Assembly: GCA_002269645.1 (NCBI GenBank)
Contig: NIVC01003538.1
Location: 1-61,303, forward strand
DNA from: Macrostomum lignano
Taxonomy: Eukaryota
Length of the DNA stretch: 61,303 bases
Direction: 5' to 3'
The position numbers and the translations under genes are program-made. Shown here piece after piece: positions 37,501 through 48,576 of this stretch (positions are counted from its first letter, which is position 1; each line of letters begins with the position of its first letter). Below the pieces are notes generated by a model that was not told the DNA's origin, did not search any database, and saw only the letters and a program-made list of their open reading frames with translations.

Positions 37501-40500
37501 TCATTCTTAGAATCGCCCTCAACTCATTCTTAGAATCGCCCTCAACTCATTCTTAGAATCGCCCTCAACTCATTCTTAGAATCGCCCTCAACTCATTCTT
37601 AGAATCGCCCTCAACTCATTCTTAGAATCGCCCTCAACTCATTCTTAGAATCGCCCTCAACTCATTCTTAGAATCGCCCTCAACTCATTCTTAGAATCGC
37701 CCTCAACTCATTCTTAGAATCGCCCTCAACTCATTCTTAGAATCGCCCTCAACTCATTCTTAGAATCGCCCTCAACTCATTCTTAGAATCGCCCTCAACT
37801 CATTCTTAGAATCGCCCTCAACTCATTCTTAGAATCGCCCTCAACTCATTCTTAGAATCGCCCTCAACTCATTCTTAGAATCGCCCTCAACTCATTCTTA
37901 GAATCGCCCTCAACTCATTCTTAGAATCGCCCTCAACTCATTCTTAGAATCGCCCTCAACTCATTCTTAGAATCGCCCTCAACTCATTCTTAGAATCGCC
38001 CTCAACTCATTCTTAGAATCGCCCTCAACTCATTCTTAGAATCGCCCTCAACTCATTCTTAGAATCGCCCTCAACTCATTCTTAGAATCGCCCTCAACTC
38101 ATTCTTAGAATCGCCCTCAACTCATTCTTAGAATCGCCCTCAACTCATTCTTAGAATCGCCCTCAACTCATTCTTAGAATCGCCCTCAACTCATTCTTAG
38201 AATCGCCCTCAACTCATTCTTAGAATCGCCCTCAACTCATTCTTAGAATCGCCCTCAACTCATTCTTAGAATCGCCCTCAACTCATTCTTAGAATCGCCC
38301 TCAACTCATTCTTAGAATCGCCCTCAACTCATTCTTAGAATCGCCCTCAACTCATTCTTAGAATCGCCCTCAACTCATTCTTAGAATCGCCCTCAACTCA
38401 TTCTTAGAATCGCCCTCAACTCATTCTTAGAATCGCCCTCAACTCATTCTTAGAATCGCCCTCAACTCATTCTTAGAATCGCCCTCAACTCATTCTTAGA
38501 ATCGCCCTCAACTCATTCTTAGAATCGCCCTCAACTCATTCTTAGAATCGCCCTCAACTCATTCTTAGAATCGCCCTCAACTCATTCTTAGAATCGCCCT
38601 CAACTCATTCTTAGAATCGCCCTCAACTCATTCTTAGAATCGCCCTCAACTCATTCTTAGAATCGCCCTCAACTCATTCTTAGAATCGCCCTCAACTCAT
38701 TCTTAGAATCGCCCTCAACTCATTCTTAGAATCGCCCTCAACTCATTCTTAGAATCGCCCTCAACTCATTCTTAGAATCGCCCTCAACTCATTCTTAGAA
38801 TCGCCCTCAACTCATTCTTAGAATCGCCCTCAACTCATTCTTAGAATCGCCCTCAACTCATTCTTAGAATCGCCCTCAACTCATTCTTAGAATCGCCCTC
38901 AACTCATTCTTAGAATCGCCCTCAACTCATTCTTAGAATCGCCCTCAACTCATTCTTAGAATCGCCCTCAACTCATTCTTAGAATCGCCCTCAACTCATT
39001 CTTAGAATCGCCCTCAACTCATTCTTAGAATCGCCCTCAACTCATTCTTAGAATCGCCCTCAACTCATTCTTAGAATCGCCCTCAACTCATTCTTAGAAT
39101 CGCCCTCAACTCATTCTTAGAATCGCCCTCAACTCATTCTTAGAATCGCCCTCAACTCATTCTTAGAATCGCCCTCAACTCATTCTTAGAATCGCCCTCA
39201 ACTCATTCTTAGAATCGCCCTCAACTCATTCTTAGAATCGCCCTCAACTCATTCTTAGAATCGCCCTCAACTCATTCTTAGAATCGCCCTCAACTCATTC
39301 TTAGAATCGCCCTCAACTCATTCTTAGAATCGCCCTCAACTCATTCTTAGAATCGCCCTCAACTCATTCTTAGAATCGCCCTCAACTCATTCTTAGAATC
39401 GCCCTCAACTCATTCTTAGAATCGCCCTCAACTCATTCTTAGAATCGCCCTCAACTCATTCTTAGAATCGCCCTCAACTCATTCTTAGAATCGCCCTCAA
39501 CTCATTCTTAGAATCGCCCTCAACTCATTCTTAGAATCGCCCTCAACTCATTCTTAGAATCGCCCTCAACTCATTCTTAGAATCGCCCTCAACTCATTCT
39601 TAGAATCGCCCTCAACTCATTCTTAGAATCGCCCTCAACTCATTCTTAGAATCGCCCTCAACTCATTCTTAGAATCGCCCTCAACTCATTCTTAGAATCG
39701 CCCTCAACTCATTCTTAGAATCGCCCTCAACTCATTCTTAGAATCGCCCTCAACTCATTCTTAGAATCGCCCTCAACTCATTCTTAGAATCGCCCTCAAC
39801 TCATTCTTAGAATCGCCCTCAACTCATTCTTAGAATCGCCCTCAACTCATTCTTAGAATCGCCCTCAACTCATTCTTAGAATCGCCCTCAACTCATTCTT
39901 AGAATCGCCCTCAACTCATTCTTAGAATCGCCCTCAACTCATTCTTAGAATCGCCCTCAACTCATTCTTAGAATCGCCCTCAACTCATTCTTAGAATCGC
40001 CCTCAACTCATTCTTAGAATCGCCCTCAACTCATTCTTAGAATCGCCCTCAACTCATTCTTAGAATCGCCCTCAACTCATTCTTAGAATCGCCCTCAACT
40101 CATTCTTAGAATCGCCCTCAACTCATTCTTAGAATCGCCCTCAACTCATTCTTAGAATCGCCCTCAACTCATTCTTAGAATCGCCCTCAACTCATTCTTA
40201 GAATCGCCCTCAACTCATTCTTAGAATCGCCCTCAACTCATTCTTAGAATCGCCCTCAACTCATTCTTAGAATCGCCCTCAACTCATTCTTAGAATCGCC
40301 CTCAACTCATTCTTAGAATCGCCCTCAACTCATTCTTAGAATCGCCCTCAACTCATTCTTAGAATCGCCCTCAACTCATTCTTAGAATCGCCCTCAACTC
40401 ATTCTTAGAATCGCCCTCAACTCATTCTTAGAATCGCCCTCAACTCATTCTTAGAATCGCCCTCAACTCATTCTTAGAATCGCCCTCAACTCATTCTTAG

Positions 40501-42822
40501 AATCGCCCTCAACTCATTCTTAGAATCGCCCTTAACTCATTCTTAGAATCGCCCTTAACTCATTCTTAGAATCGCCCTTAACTCATTCTTAGAATCGCCC
40601 TCAACTCATTCTTAGAATCGCCCTCAACTCATTCTTAGAATCGCCCTCAACTCATTCTTAGAATCGCCCTCAACTCATTCTTAGAATCGCCCTCAACTCA
40701 TTCTTAGAATCGCCCTCAACTCATTCTTAGAATCGCCCTCAACTCATTCTTAGAATCGCCCTCAACTCATTCTTAGAATCGCCCTCAACTCATTCTTAGA
40801 ATCGCCCTCAACTCATTCTTAGAATCGCCCTCAACTCATTCTTAGAATCGCCCTCAACTCATTCTTAGAATCGCCCTCAACTCATTCTTAGAATCGCCCT
40901 CAACTCATTCTTAGAATCGCCCTCAACTCATTCTTAGAATCGCCTCAACTCATTCTTAGAATCGCCCTTAACTCATTCTTAGAATCGCCCTCAACTCATT
41001 CTTAGAATCGCCCTCAACTCATTCTTAGAATCGCCCTCAACTCATTCTTAGAATCGCCCTCAACTCATTCTTAGAATCGCCCTCAACTCATTCTTAGAAT
41101 CGCCCTCAACTCATTCTTAGAATCGCCCTCAACTCATTCTTAGAATCGCCCTCAACTCATTCTTAGAATCGCCCTCAACTCATTCTTAGAATCGCCCTCA
41201 ACTCATTCTTAGAATCGCCCTCAACTCATTCTTAGAATCGCCCTCAACTCATTCTTAGAATCGCCCTTAACTCATTCTTAGAATCGCCCTCAACTCATTC
41301 TTAGAATCGCCCTTAACTCATTCTTAGAATCGTCCTCAACTCATTCTTAGAATCGCCCTTAACTCATTCTTAGAATCGCCCTTAACTCATTCTTAGAATC
41401 GCCCTTAACTCATTCTTAGAATCGCCCTCAACTCATTCTTAGAATCGCCCTCAACTCATTCTTAGAATCGCCCTCAACTCATTCTTAGAATCGCCCTCAA
41501 CTCATTCTTAGAATCGCCCTCAACTCATTCTTAGAATCGCCCTTAACTCATTCTTAGAATCGCCCTTAACTCATTCTTAGAATCGCCCTTAACTCATTCT
41601 TAGAATCGCCCTCAACTCATTCTTAGAATCGCCCTCAACTCATTCTTAGAATCGCCCTCAACTCATTCTTAGAATCGCCCTCAACTCATTCTTAGAATCG
41701 CCCTCAACTCATTCTTAGAATCGCCCTCAACTCATTCTTAGAATCGCCCTTAACTCATTCTTAGAATCGCCCTTAACTCATTCTTAGAATCGCCCTCAAC
41801 TCATTCTTAGAATCGCCCTCAACTCATTCTTAGAATCGCCCTCAACTCATTCTTAGAATCGCCCTCAACTCATTCTTAGAATCGCCCTCAACTCATTCTT
41901 AGAATCGCCCTCAACTCATTCTTAGAATCGCCCTCAACTCATTCTTAGAATCGCCCTCAACTCATTCTTAGAATCGCCCTCAACTCATTCTTAGAATCGC
42001 CCTCAACTCATTCTTAGAATCGCCCTCAACTCATTCTTAGAATCGCCCTTAACTCATTCTTAGAATCGCCCTCAACTCATTCTTAGAATCGCCCTCAACT
42101 CATTCTTAGAATCGCCCTCAACTCATTCTTAGAATCGCCCTCAACTCATTCTTAGAATCGCCCTCAACTCATTCTTAGAATCGCCCTCAACTCATTCTTA
42201 GAATCGCCCTCAACTCATTCTTAGAATCGCCCTCAACTCATTCTTAGAATCGCCCTCAACTCATTCTTAGAATCGCCCTCAACTCATTCTTAGAATCGCC
42301 CTCAACTCATTCTTAGAATCGCCCTCAACTCATTCTTAGAATCGCCCTCAACTCATTCTTAGAATCGCCCTCAACTCATTCTTAGAAAGAATCGCCCTTA
42401 ACTCATTCTTAGAATCGCCCTTAACTCATTCTTGGAATCGCCCTCAACTCATTCTTAGAATCGCCCTCAACTCATTCTTAGAATCGCCCTCAACTCATTC
42501 TTGGAATCGCCCTCAACTCATTCTTAGAATCGCCCTCAACTCATTCTTAGAATCGCCCTCAACTCATTCTTAGAATCGCCCTCAACTCATTCTTAGAATC
42601 GCCCTTAACTCATTCTTAGAATCGTCCTCAACTCATTCTTAGAATCGCCCTTAACCCATTCTTAGAAAGAATCGCCCTTAACTCATTCTTAGAATCGCCC
42701 TTAACTCATTCTTAGAATCGCCCTCAACTCATTCTTAGAATCGCCCTCAACTCATTCTTAGAATCGCCCTCAACTTATTCTTAGAATCGCCCTCAACTCA
42801 TTCTTAGAATCGCCCTCAACTC
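28600..42822. repeat. 23-bp satellite, ~620 copies (~14.2 kb), filling CHORDC1 intron 1
   Basis: TTCTTAGAATCGCCCTCAACTCA; core ~30800-40500 appears invariant by eye; degenerate precursors at 28244-28600. Confidence 0.97.
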
Positions 42823-42840
42823 GCTCCCTCTGAAATCCAG

Positions 42841-43401
42841 GTGGACTCCCGGTTGCTAGCCGAGCTGGACAAAACAGCCGAGCGTCGCAGGGCCGAAGCC
42901 GAGAAGGCCGCCGCCAGCGGTTCCGCCCAGCAACCAGACTCCGCTGCCTCGGCCTCATCCGACAACGGCAGCGTTGCCATGGGAACCGGTTGCAAAAACT
43001 CGGGCTGCCGGGCCACTTACTCCGGGCCACAGTCGGACAGGCAGGTCTGCTACTACCACCCGGGCGGCCCCGTGTTCCACGAGGGCATGAAGTACTGGAG
43101 CTGCTGCCAGAGGAAGACGACAGAGTTCGATAATTTCATGTCTCAGGAGGGCTGCGAGCAGGGCAAGCACTGCTGGACTAAACCGAACTCTAAAGGGGAC
43201 GATAGCAAGGATGGTCCTGCCAGCGTCCATTGCCGCTGCGACCATCATCAGGGCAAGGCCGGTTACATCACGCTTGATGTGTTTGCAAAGCTGTGTGTCC
43301 CAGAGGAATGCGTCATCGAAGCTAATCGGGTCTGCTGCTCTGTCAAGCTGGTGTTTGCAGCTGGGCAGAGCCGGTTTCAGCGCGACTTTGTGCTCTACGA
43401 T
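42841..43401 (+). CDS. CHORDC1: CHORDC1 exon 2 (CHORD-II and start of the CS domain)
   Basis: Acceptor CAG at 42838-42840, phase 0; CKNSGC...C.YHPG.PVFHEGMKYWSCCQRKT.EFDNF..QEGC..GKH; donor GTGAGC at 43402. Confidence 0.92.
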
Positions 43402-43429
43402 GTGAGCACTTACTCATTTCATTGTTGTC

Positions 43430-44265
43430 TAATCGTATATGAGATTCCAGTGTCTAATCTTATATGAGATTCCAGTGTCTAATCTTATATGAGATTCCAG
43501 TGTCTAATCTTATATGAGATTCCAGTGTCTAATCCTATATGAGAGTCCAGTGTCTAATCTTATATGAAATTCCAGTGTCTAATCTTATATGAGATTCCAG
43601 TGTCTAATCTTATATGAGATTCCAGTGTCTAATCTTATATGAAATTCCAGTGTCTAATCTTATATGAGATTCCAGTGTCTAATCTTATATGAGATTCCAG
43701 TGTCTAATCTTATATAAGATTCCAGCGTCTAATCTTATATGAGATTCCAGTGTTTAATCTTATATAAGATTCCAGTGTCTAATCTTATATGAGATTCCAG
43801 TGTCTAATCTTATATGAGATTCCAGTGTCTAATCTTATATGAGATTCCAGTGTCTAATCCTATATGAGATTCCAGTGGCTAATCTTATGAGATTCCAGTG
43901 TCTAATCCTATATGAGAGTCCAGAGTCTAATCCTATATGAGATTCCAGTGTCTAATCCTATATGAGAGTCCAGAGTCTAATCCTTTATGAAATTCCAGTG
44001 TCTAATCTTATATGAGATTTCAGTGTCTAATCTTACATAAGATTCCAGTGTCTAATCTTACATGAGATTCCAGTGTCTAATCTTATATGAGATTCCAGTG
44101 TCTAATCCTATATGAGAGTCCAGAGTCTAATCCTATATGGGGAGTCCAGTGTCTAATCTTACATGAGATTCCAGTGTCTAATCCTATATGAGATTCCAGT
44201 GGCTAATCTTATGAGATTCCAGTGTCTAATCGTATGTGAGATTCCAGGGTCTAATCTTATATAAG
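43430..44265. repeat. 25-bp minisatellite in CHORDC1 intron 2, ~33 copies
   Basis: GAGATTCCAGTGTCTAATCTTATAT units. Confidence 0.92.
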
Positions 44266-44368
44266 ATTCGAAGTCATTCACATTTTCCTTATTTGCACGT
44301 ACATTTTATGACCTTAATTAAGCTTGATTTATTGTCCTAATAGCCATTCAACCCCCCCCCTCTCGCAG

Positions 44369-44473
44369 GTGATTGACCCGTCGCAATCCTGCGTGAATAT
44401 CCGACCGACCAAGGTGGAAATTCTGCTCAAAAAAGTCAACGCGGCCAATTGGCCCTCGCTCGAGCTGGTCTGA
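44369..44473 (+). CDS. CHORDC1: CHORDC1 exon 3 (end of the CS domain)
   Basis: Acceptor CAG at 44366-44368; VIDPSQSCVNIRPTKVEILLKKVNAANWPSLELV*; spliced total 336 aa; AATAAA at 44545. Confidence 0.88.
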   Translation: MIDPSQSCVNIRPTKVEILLKKVNAANWPSLELV

Positions 44474-45224
44474 GGGGGGAAGCCTGTTCGATCTGACCTT
44501 GACCTTGATTGACCTATAGAAAGTTATTGATTGATTGGCGGAATAATAAAGCTATACAGTGCACTTTTGTGTTAAAGAATCAATAGCAATAATCAGCTAC
44601 CCGCTTGACAACAACACAAAAAACCAAAATTTAGCAGTTAAACAGTTTGCCTAGCAACTTTGCATGGTTCCTCTTGCTCTTAGTTAGCTCTATTAATATC
44701 GACGTGTATGGGACGACAGCTCTCTAAAATTGAAATAAACTGGCTTTTATATTATAAATATTATTATTTATTACTTCAGTGTGTTACTCCAGACATTGAA
44801 ATGCCTGTCAGTAGTTTTGTATCATTTTCCACATTTTTCCACATGCTTACAGTCATGTGTGATCTTTAAGACTCAAAGCAGGACTTAACACCCCGTTGAA
44901 AACGTTCTCGTGACAAAAATGGTTGAAGAGTCGTTGCAAACAACACACTAGTGACTCTTAGCGGCTCTTGTGACTTTTGAACGACTCAAACGACTGCAAT
45001 GCGACTGAGAGGAGACTGTTGAGTCACGAGAGATGACACTTGTCAACATCACGCGAGTTGTAGAATCTAATTAAGAGTCGCGAAAAGGCAATAAAGTCAA
45101 TGTGAAACAATAATGGCAATTTTCATGGGTAATCACATCCGAGTTTATGACTCTGTTTTCGAGCTTGTAAATGTGACAGAATGGTTTTCAACGATGTAAA
45201 GTTTGGTGCCTGTGAAATTTCGAA

Positions 45225-45510
45225 CTTGTGAAGATTCGAGCTTGTGAAGATCCAATCTTATGAAGCTTCGAGCTTGTGAAGATCCAATCTTATGAAGCTT
45301 CGAGCTTGTGAAGATCCAATCTTATGAAGCTTCGAGCTTGTGAAGATCCAATCTTATGAAGCTTCGAGCTTGTGAAGATCCAAACTTATGAAGCTTCGAG
45401 CTTGTGAATATTCGAGCTTGTGAAGCTTCAAGCTTGTAAGATTCGAGCTTGTGAAGCTTTGAGCTTTGGTAGATTCGAACTTGTGAAGCTTCGAGCTTTT
45501 GAAGATTCGT
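45225..45510. repeat. 32-bp/16-bp tandem repeat
   Basis: TTCGAGCTTGTGAAGATCCAATCTTATGAAGC about 5 times, then 16-bp half units. Confidence 0.85.
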
Positions 45511-45557
45511 GATTATAAAATTTGAGGTTATCTCAAGTTATTAAAGTTAATCTTAAT

Positions 45558-46260
45558 TAGGGATTGCAATCCCGGGATCCCGGACACTTTTTGGCCTGAC
45601 GGAATCCCGGGATTAGGGGCTCGGGATCCCGGGATTGGAAACTTTTTTTATATAGTGGGTGATATCCAGGAAATGTCAAAATGTTTGTATTTTAAATACA
45701 TTACACAAGTAACATTCGCGCGTCGTGATCATGAGTCGTGATCGTGACGTGACTCTCGATTCTCGAATCGTGATACAATACAAATTATACAATACATGCG
45801 AGTCTCAAACTTGTGTTGTGTTTGTGTATTTGACTATTTTTGTAACTTTTGAGGTTGTGTAACTTTTGTTATGTACATAAAAGCATTGAAAAATGTCTGG
45901 GAGATAATTTTGCATGCATATGTATTACGATTACGAGCTCGTAAGTTACAAGTGTAGAAAATAACAAATCAAGAAAAGAAATCATTATATATTAGATAAT
46001 AGATACTCGGTAATGCTGTTAAGTCGAGAAATATAAAATGTATTACTGCTTTACACATTCGTGTTCTCGTTTTTTTTAGTAAAATCAAATAGAAAAGTTA
46101 TTACTTTAAAAAAAACGTTTTAAAAAGCGGGTTTTCTGGCCTTCTATCGGCAAAAATATTTTAAATGTAAATCCCGGGATTGGGTCCGGGATCCCGGGAT
46201 TGAGTCATTGCTTCGTCCGGGATCCCGGGATCATAGAACAGCCGGGATTTGCAATCCCTA
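45558..46260. mobile_element. hAT-type MITE (703 bp)
   Basis: TIRs TAGGGATTGCAATCCCGG / CCGGGATTTGCAATCCCTA; subterminal CCCGGGAT repeats; 8-bp TSD ATCTTAAT / GTCTTAAT (7 of 8 match). Confidence 0.75.
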
Positions 46261-46680
46261 GTCTTAATCGACCATGTGAAGTTTTGGAGCTTGTGAAAGC
46301 GGCAGAGAAGGAGAGTAAACATGCAGAGACGAGGGCAGATGAATATACTAATGAAATGACTAATAATAAAGTCTAGTCTTAAAAGGATCCATGCAAACAA
46401 ATGCCATGAAAGTATACAGTGTACTCGTATTTTTACTTCTTGGACTTACATCATTGCCAGAGAAAGTCTACAAAACTGCTACTCGTAGTTAGTTGAAATT
46501 GTTTTAAAATCTGTCGAGCTAGTATTGTCTCTGGCCAATCCTCATTTAAATGGTCGCTTCTCTGATCTTCAAGGTTCCGCTCTAGATGCACACGTTTAGT
46601 TATTTATGCTGATTAGAAATCCATGTTGATTTGAAAGCAACTGAAATTGCTACATCCGTACATATTTGTAAAGTCGCGGG

Positions 46681-46876
46681 ATGGTTCGCGACCGCAGTTG
46701 GATCGAACTCCTGGGCGCCAAGGCCATCAGACGGAAGAGTCTGACAGAGGCGCAGTCTCTGGACACTCCGCTCAACCGGTGCCTGTCTGTGTGGCATCTG
46801 ACCTTCTTCGGGGTGGCGCACATGGCCGGTGCCGGGATTTATGTTCTGTCCGGGACAGTCATCAAGGAGTACGCTG
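46681..46876 (+). CDS. Cationic amino acid transporter (SLC7A1-4/slimfast-like), exon 1
   Basis: L.RCLS..HLTFFGVAHMAGAGIYVLSGTV; donor G|GTGAGT at 46877. Confidence 0.85.
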
Positions 46877-46914
46877 GTGAGTGGCGCGCCTGAACGTGTG
46901 CATGTTGTGTGCTT

Positions 46915-47330
46915 TTAAGCGCCGTTTTATCATTACCGGTATTTTGGCGCCATTTTTATTATCACCGGTATTTTGGCGCCATTTTTATAATCACCGGTAT
47001 TTTAACGCCATTTTTTATTATCACCGATATTATGGCGCCGTTTTTATCGTCACCGGTATTTGGCTCGGTTTTTATCATCACCGGTATTTTGGCGCCATTT
47101 TTTATCACCACCTGTATTTTAGCGCCGTTTTTTATCGTCACCGGTATTTTGGCGCCATTTTTATCATCACCGGTATTTTAACGCCATTTTTTATCACCAC
47201 CTGTATTTTGGCGCCGTTTTTATCATCACCGGTATTTTGGCGTCGTTTTTTATCATCACCGGTATTTTGGCGCCGTTTTTATCAAACCGGTATTTTGGAG
47301 CCATTTTATCATCACCGGTATTTCGCGCCA
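46915..47330. repeat. ~29-30-bp minisatellite in transporter intron 1
   Basis: TTTTATCATCACCGGTATTTTGGCGCCAT-like units. Confidence 0.85.
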
Positions 47331-47371
47331 GATGATGCCCGATTTCACACTCCAAATATGCTATTATTCAG

Positions 47372-47574
47372 GCCCAGCCGCCAGCCTCAGCTTCACTCTG
47401 TGCGCCATCGCCTCGCTCTTCACCGGCATGTGCTACGTTGAGTTCGCCAGCCTGGTGCCCAAGGCGGGCAGCTCCTACACCTACACCTACTGCGTTCTGG
47501 GAGAGCTGCCAGCCTTTATTGTTGGCTGGACTATGCTGCTGGACTATATTCTCAGCATGGCAACTGTTGCTAAG
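47372..47574 (+). CDS. Cationic amino acid transporter, exon 2
   Basis: GPA..LSF...AIASLF.GMCY.EFAS.VPKAGSSY.Y.Y..LGEL.AFIVGW..LL.Y; acceptor at 47370-47371, donor GT at 47575. Confidence 0.88.
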
Positions 47575-47701
47575 GTGCCATTAGTGCTTGCATAGTTGCA
47601 TGAAATGAAAAAATTGCTGTATAATCCTGACAATTACCCAAACCTGACCCGAATTTAGCTAAAACCTAATAGCATAATACTGATTACACCTGCCCCAATT
47701 A

Positions 47702-47933
47702 GGCCAGATGTGCAACCGACAGCTCAGCCGCAGCTATTGCGCGGCGCATCTGAAGGCTGCGTACGGCTGTTCAGCCCAAGGATTGGGGGGGGGGGGTCGC
47801 CCCACACTCTCAATTGCCCCAGGCATCCATTTTACAGCTGGGTGAACTGAAGCAGTTCAGAGTTAAACGTCTAGCTCAAGGACACAAATTGTTCCGAGTG
47901 GGATCGGGAATCGAACACCTGACCTTTCAGTTT
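47702..47933 (-). mobile_element. CORE-SINE copy, 5' truncated
   Basis: Reverse complement of most of 48300-48537. Confidence 0.75.
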
Positions 47934-48261
47934 TACCACTATCGAGGAGAAAATCGCAATATTCGCTCCGCCTGGGTGACGGCCAGTGACCAACGAAGTC
48001 AGAGCTGATGCAGACACATATGGTCGATGTGCTGATGAAATTTGGAGGCTTGGCAAGGCCGCACTGAGGCGCAGTGCTGATTGCCGCACAGGAGTTTACA
48101 TGGTAAAAGGCCGACCCTCTGGCAGAATTTCTGAATATCTCGACTGTCTGTCCCTCGGCTGTCTACTTGATTCTTGTTTGCGTAGGTGCCCAACAAAAAG
48201 TTCTTGTATTTGGTTCCGGCGCAGCAATAAAATGTCAAGGGGATTCTTCCTTGGTCTTATA

Positions 48262-48540
48262 GGGGCTTGTAGCCTAGTGGGTTAGAGCGTCAGACTCACA
48301 ACTTAAAGGTCGGGGGTTCGATTCCCGATCCCACTGGAACAATTTGTGTCCTTGAGCAAGACGCTTAACTCTGCATTGCTTCAGTTCACCCAGCTGTAAA
48401 ATGGGTGCCAGCATTAGCTGGGGTAATTGAGGCTGTGTGTAGCGACCCCAGAGACGTCCTTGGACTGAACAGCCGTACGCAGCCTTCAGATGCGCCGCGC
48501 AATAGCTGCGGCTGAGCTGTCGGTTGCACATCTGGCCGAA
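48262..48540 (+). mobile_element. tRNA-derived CORE-SINE (MIR-like core)
   Basis: A box TAGTGGGTTAGAG and B box GGTTCGATTCC, then GTGTCCTTGAGCAAGACGCTTAAC...CAGCTGTAAAATGGG, similar to the MIR CORE domain. Confidence 0.78.
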
Positions 48541-48576
48541 AAATTTAACGCACAGTTTCACAAGCCATCCGACAGG

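Noticed and set aside
24630-42822. Long regular arrays that might be taken for CRISPR
   Set aside because: Units are directly adjacent with no unique spacers, there are no cas genes, and the context is eukaryotic.
28600-42822. TTC..GAA in the 23-mer as heat-shock elements for CHORDC1
   Set aside because: The spacer is 3 nt (TTCTTAGAA); an HSE needs 2 nt and at least three alternating units.
48262-48335. tRNA-like sequence with A and B boxes
   Set aside because: It continues into a CORE domain and has a second, inverted copy nearby, so it is a SINE head, not a tRNA gene.
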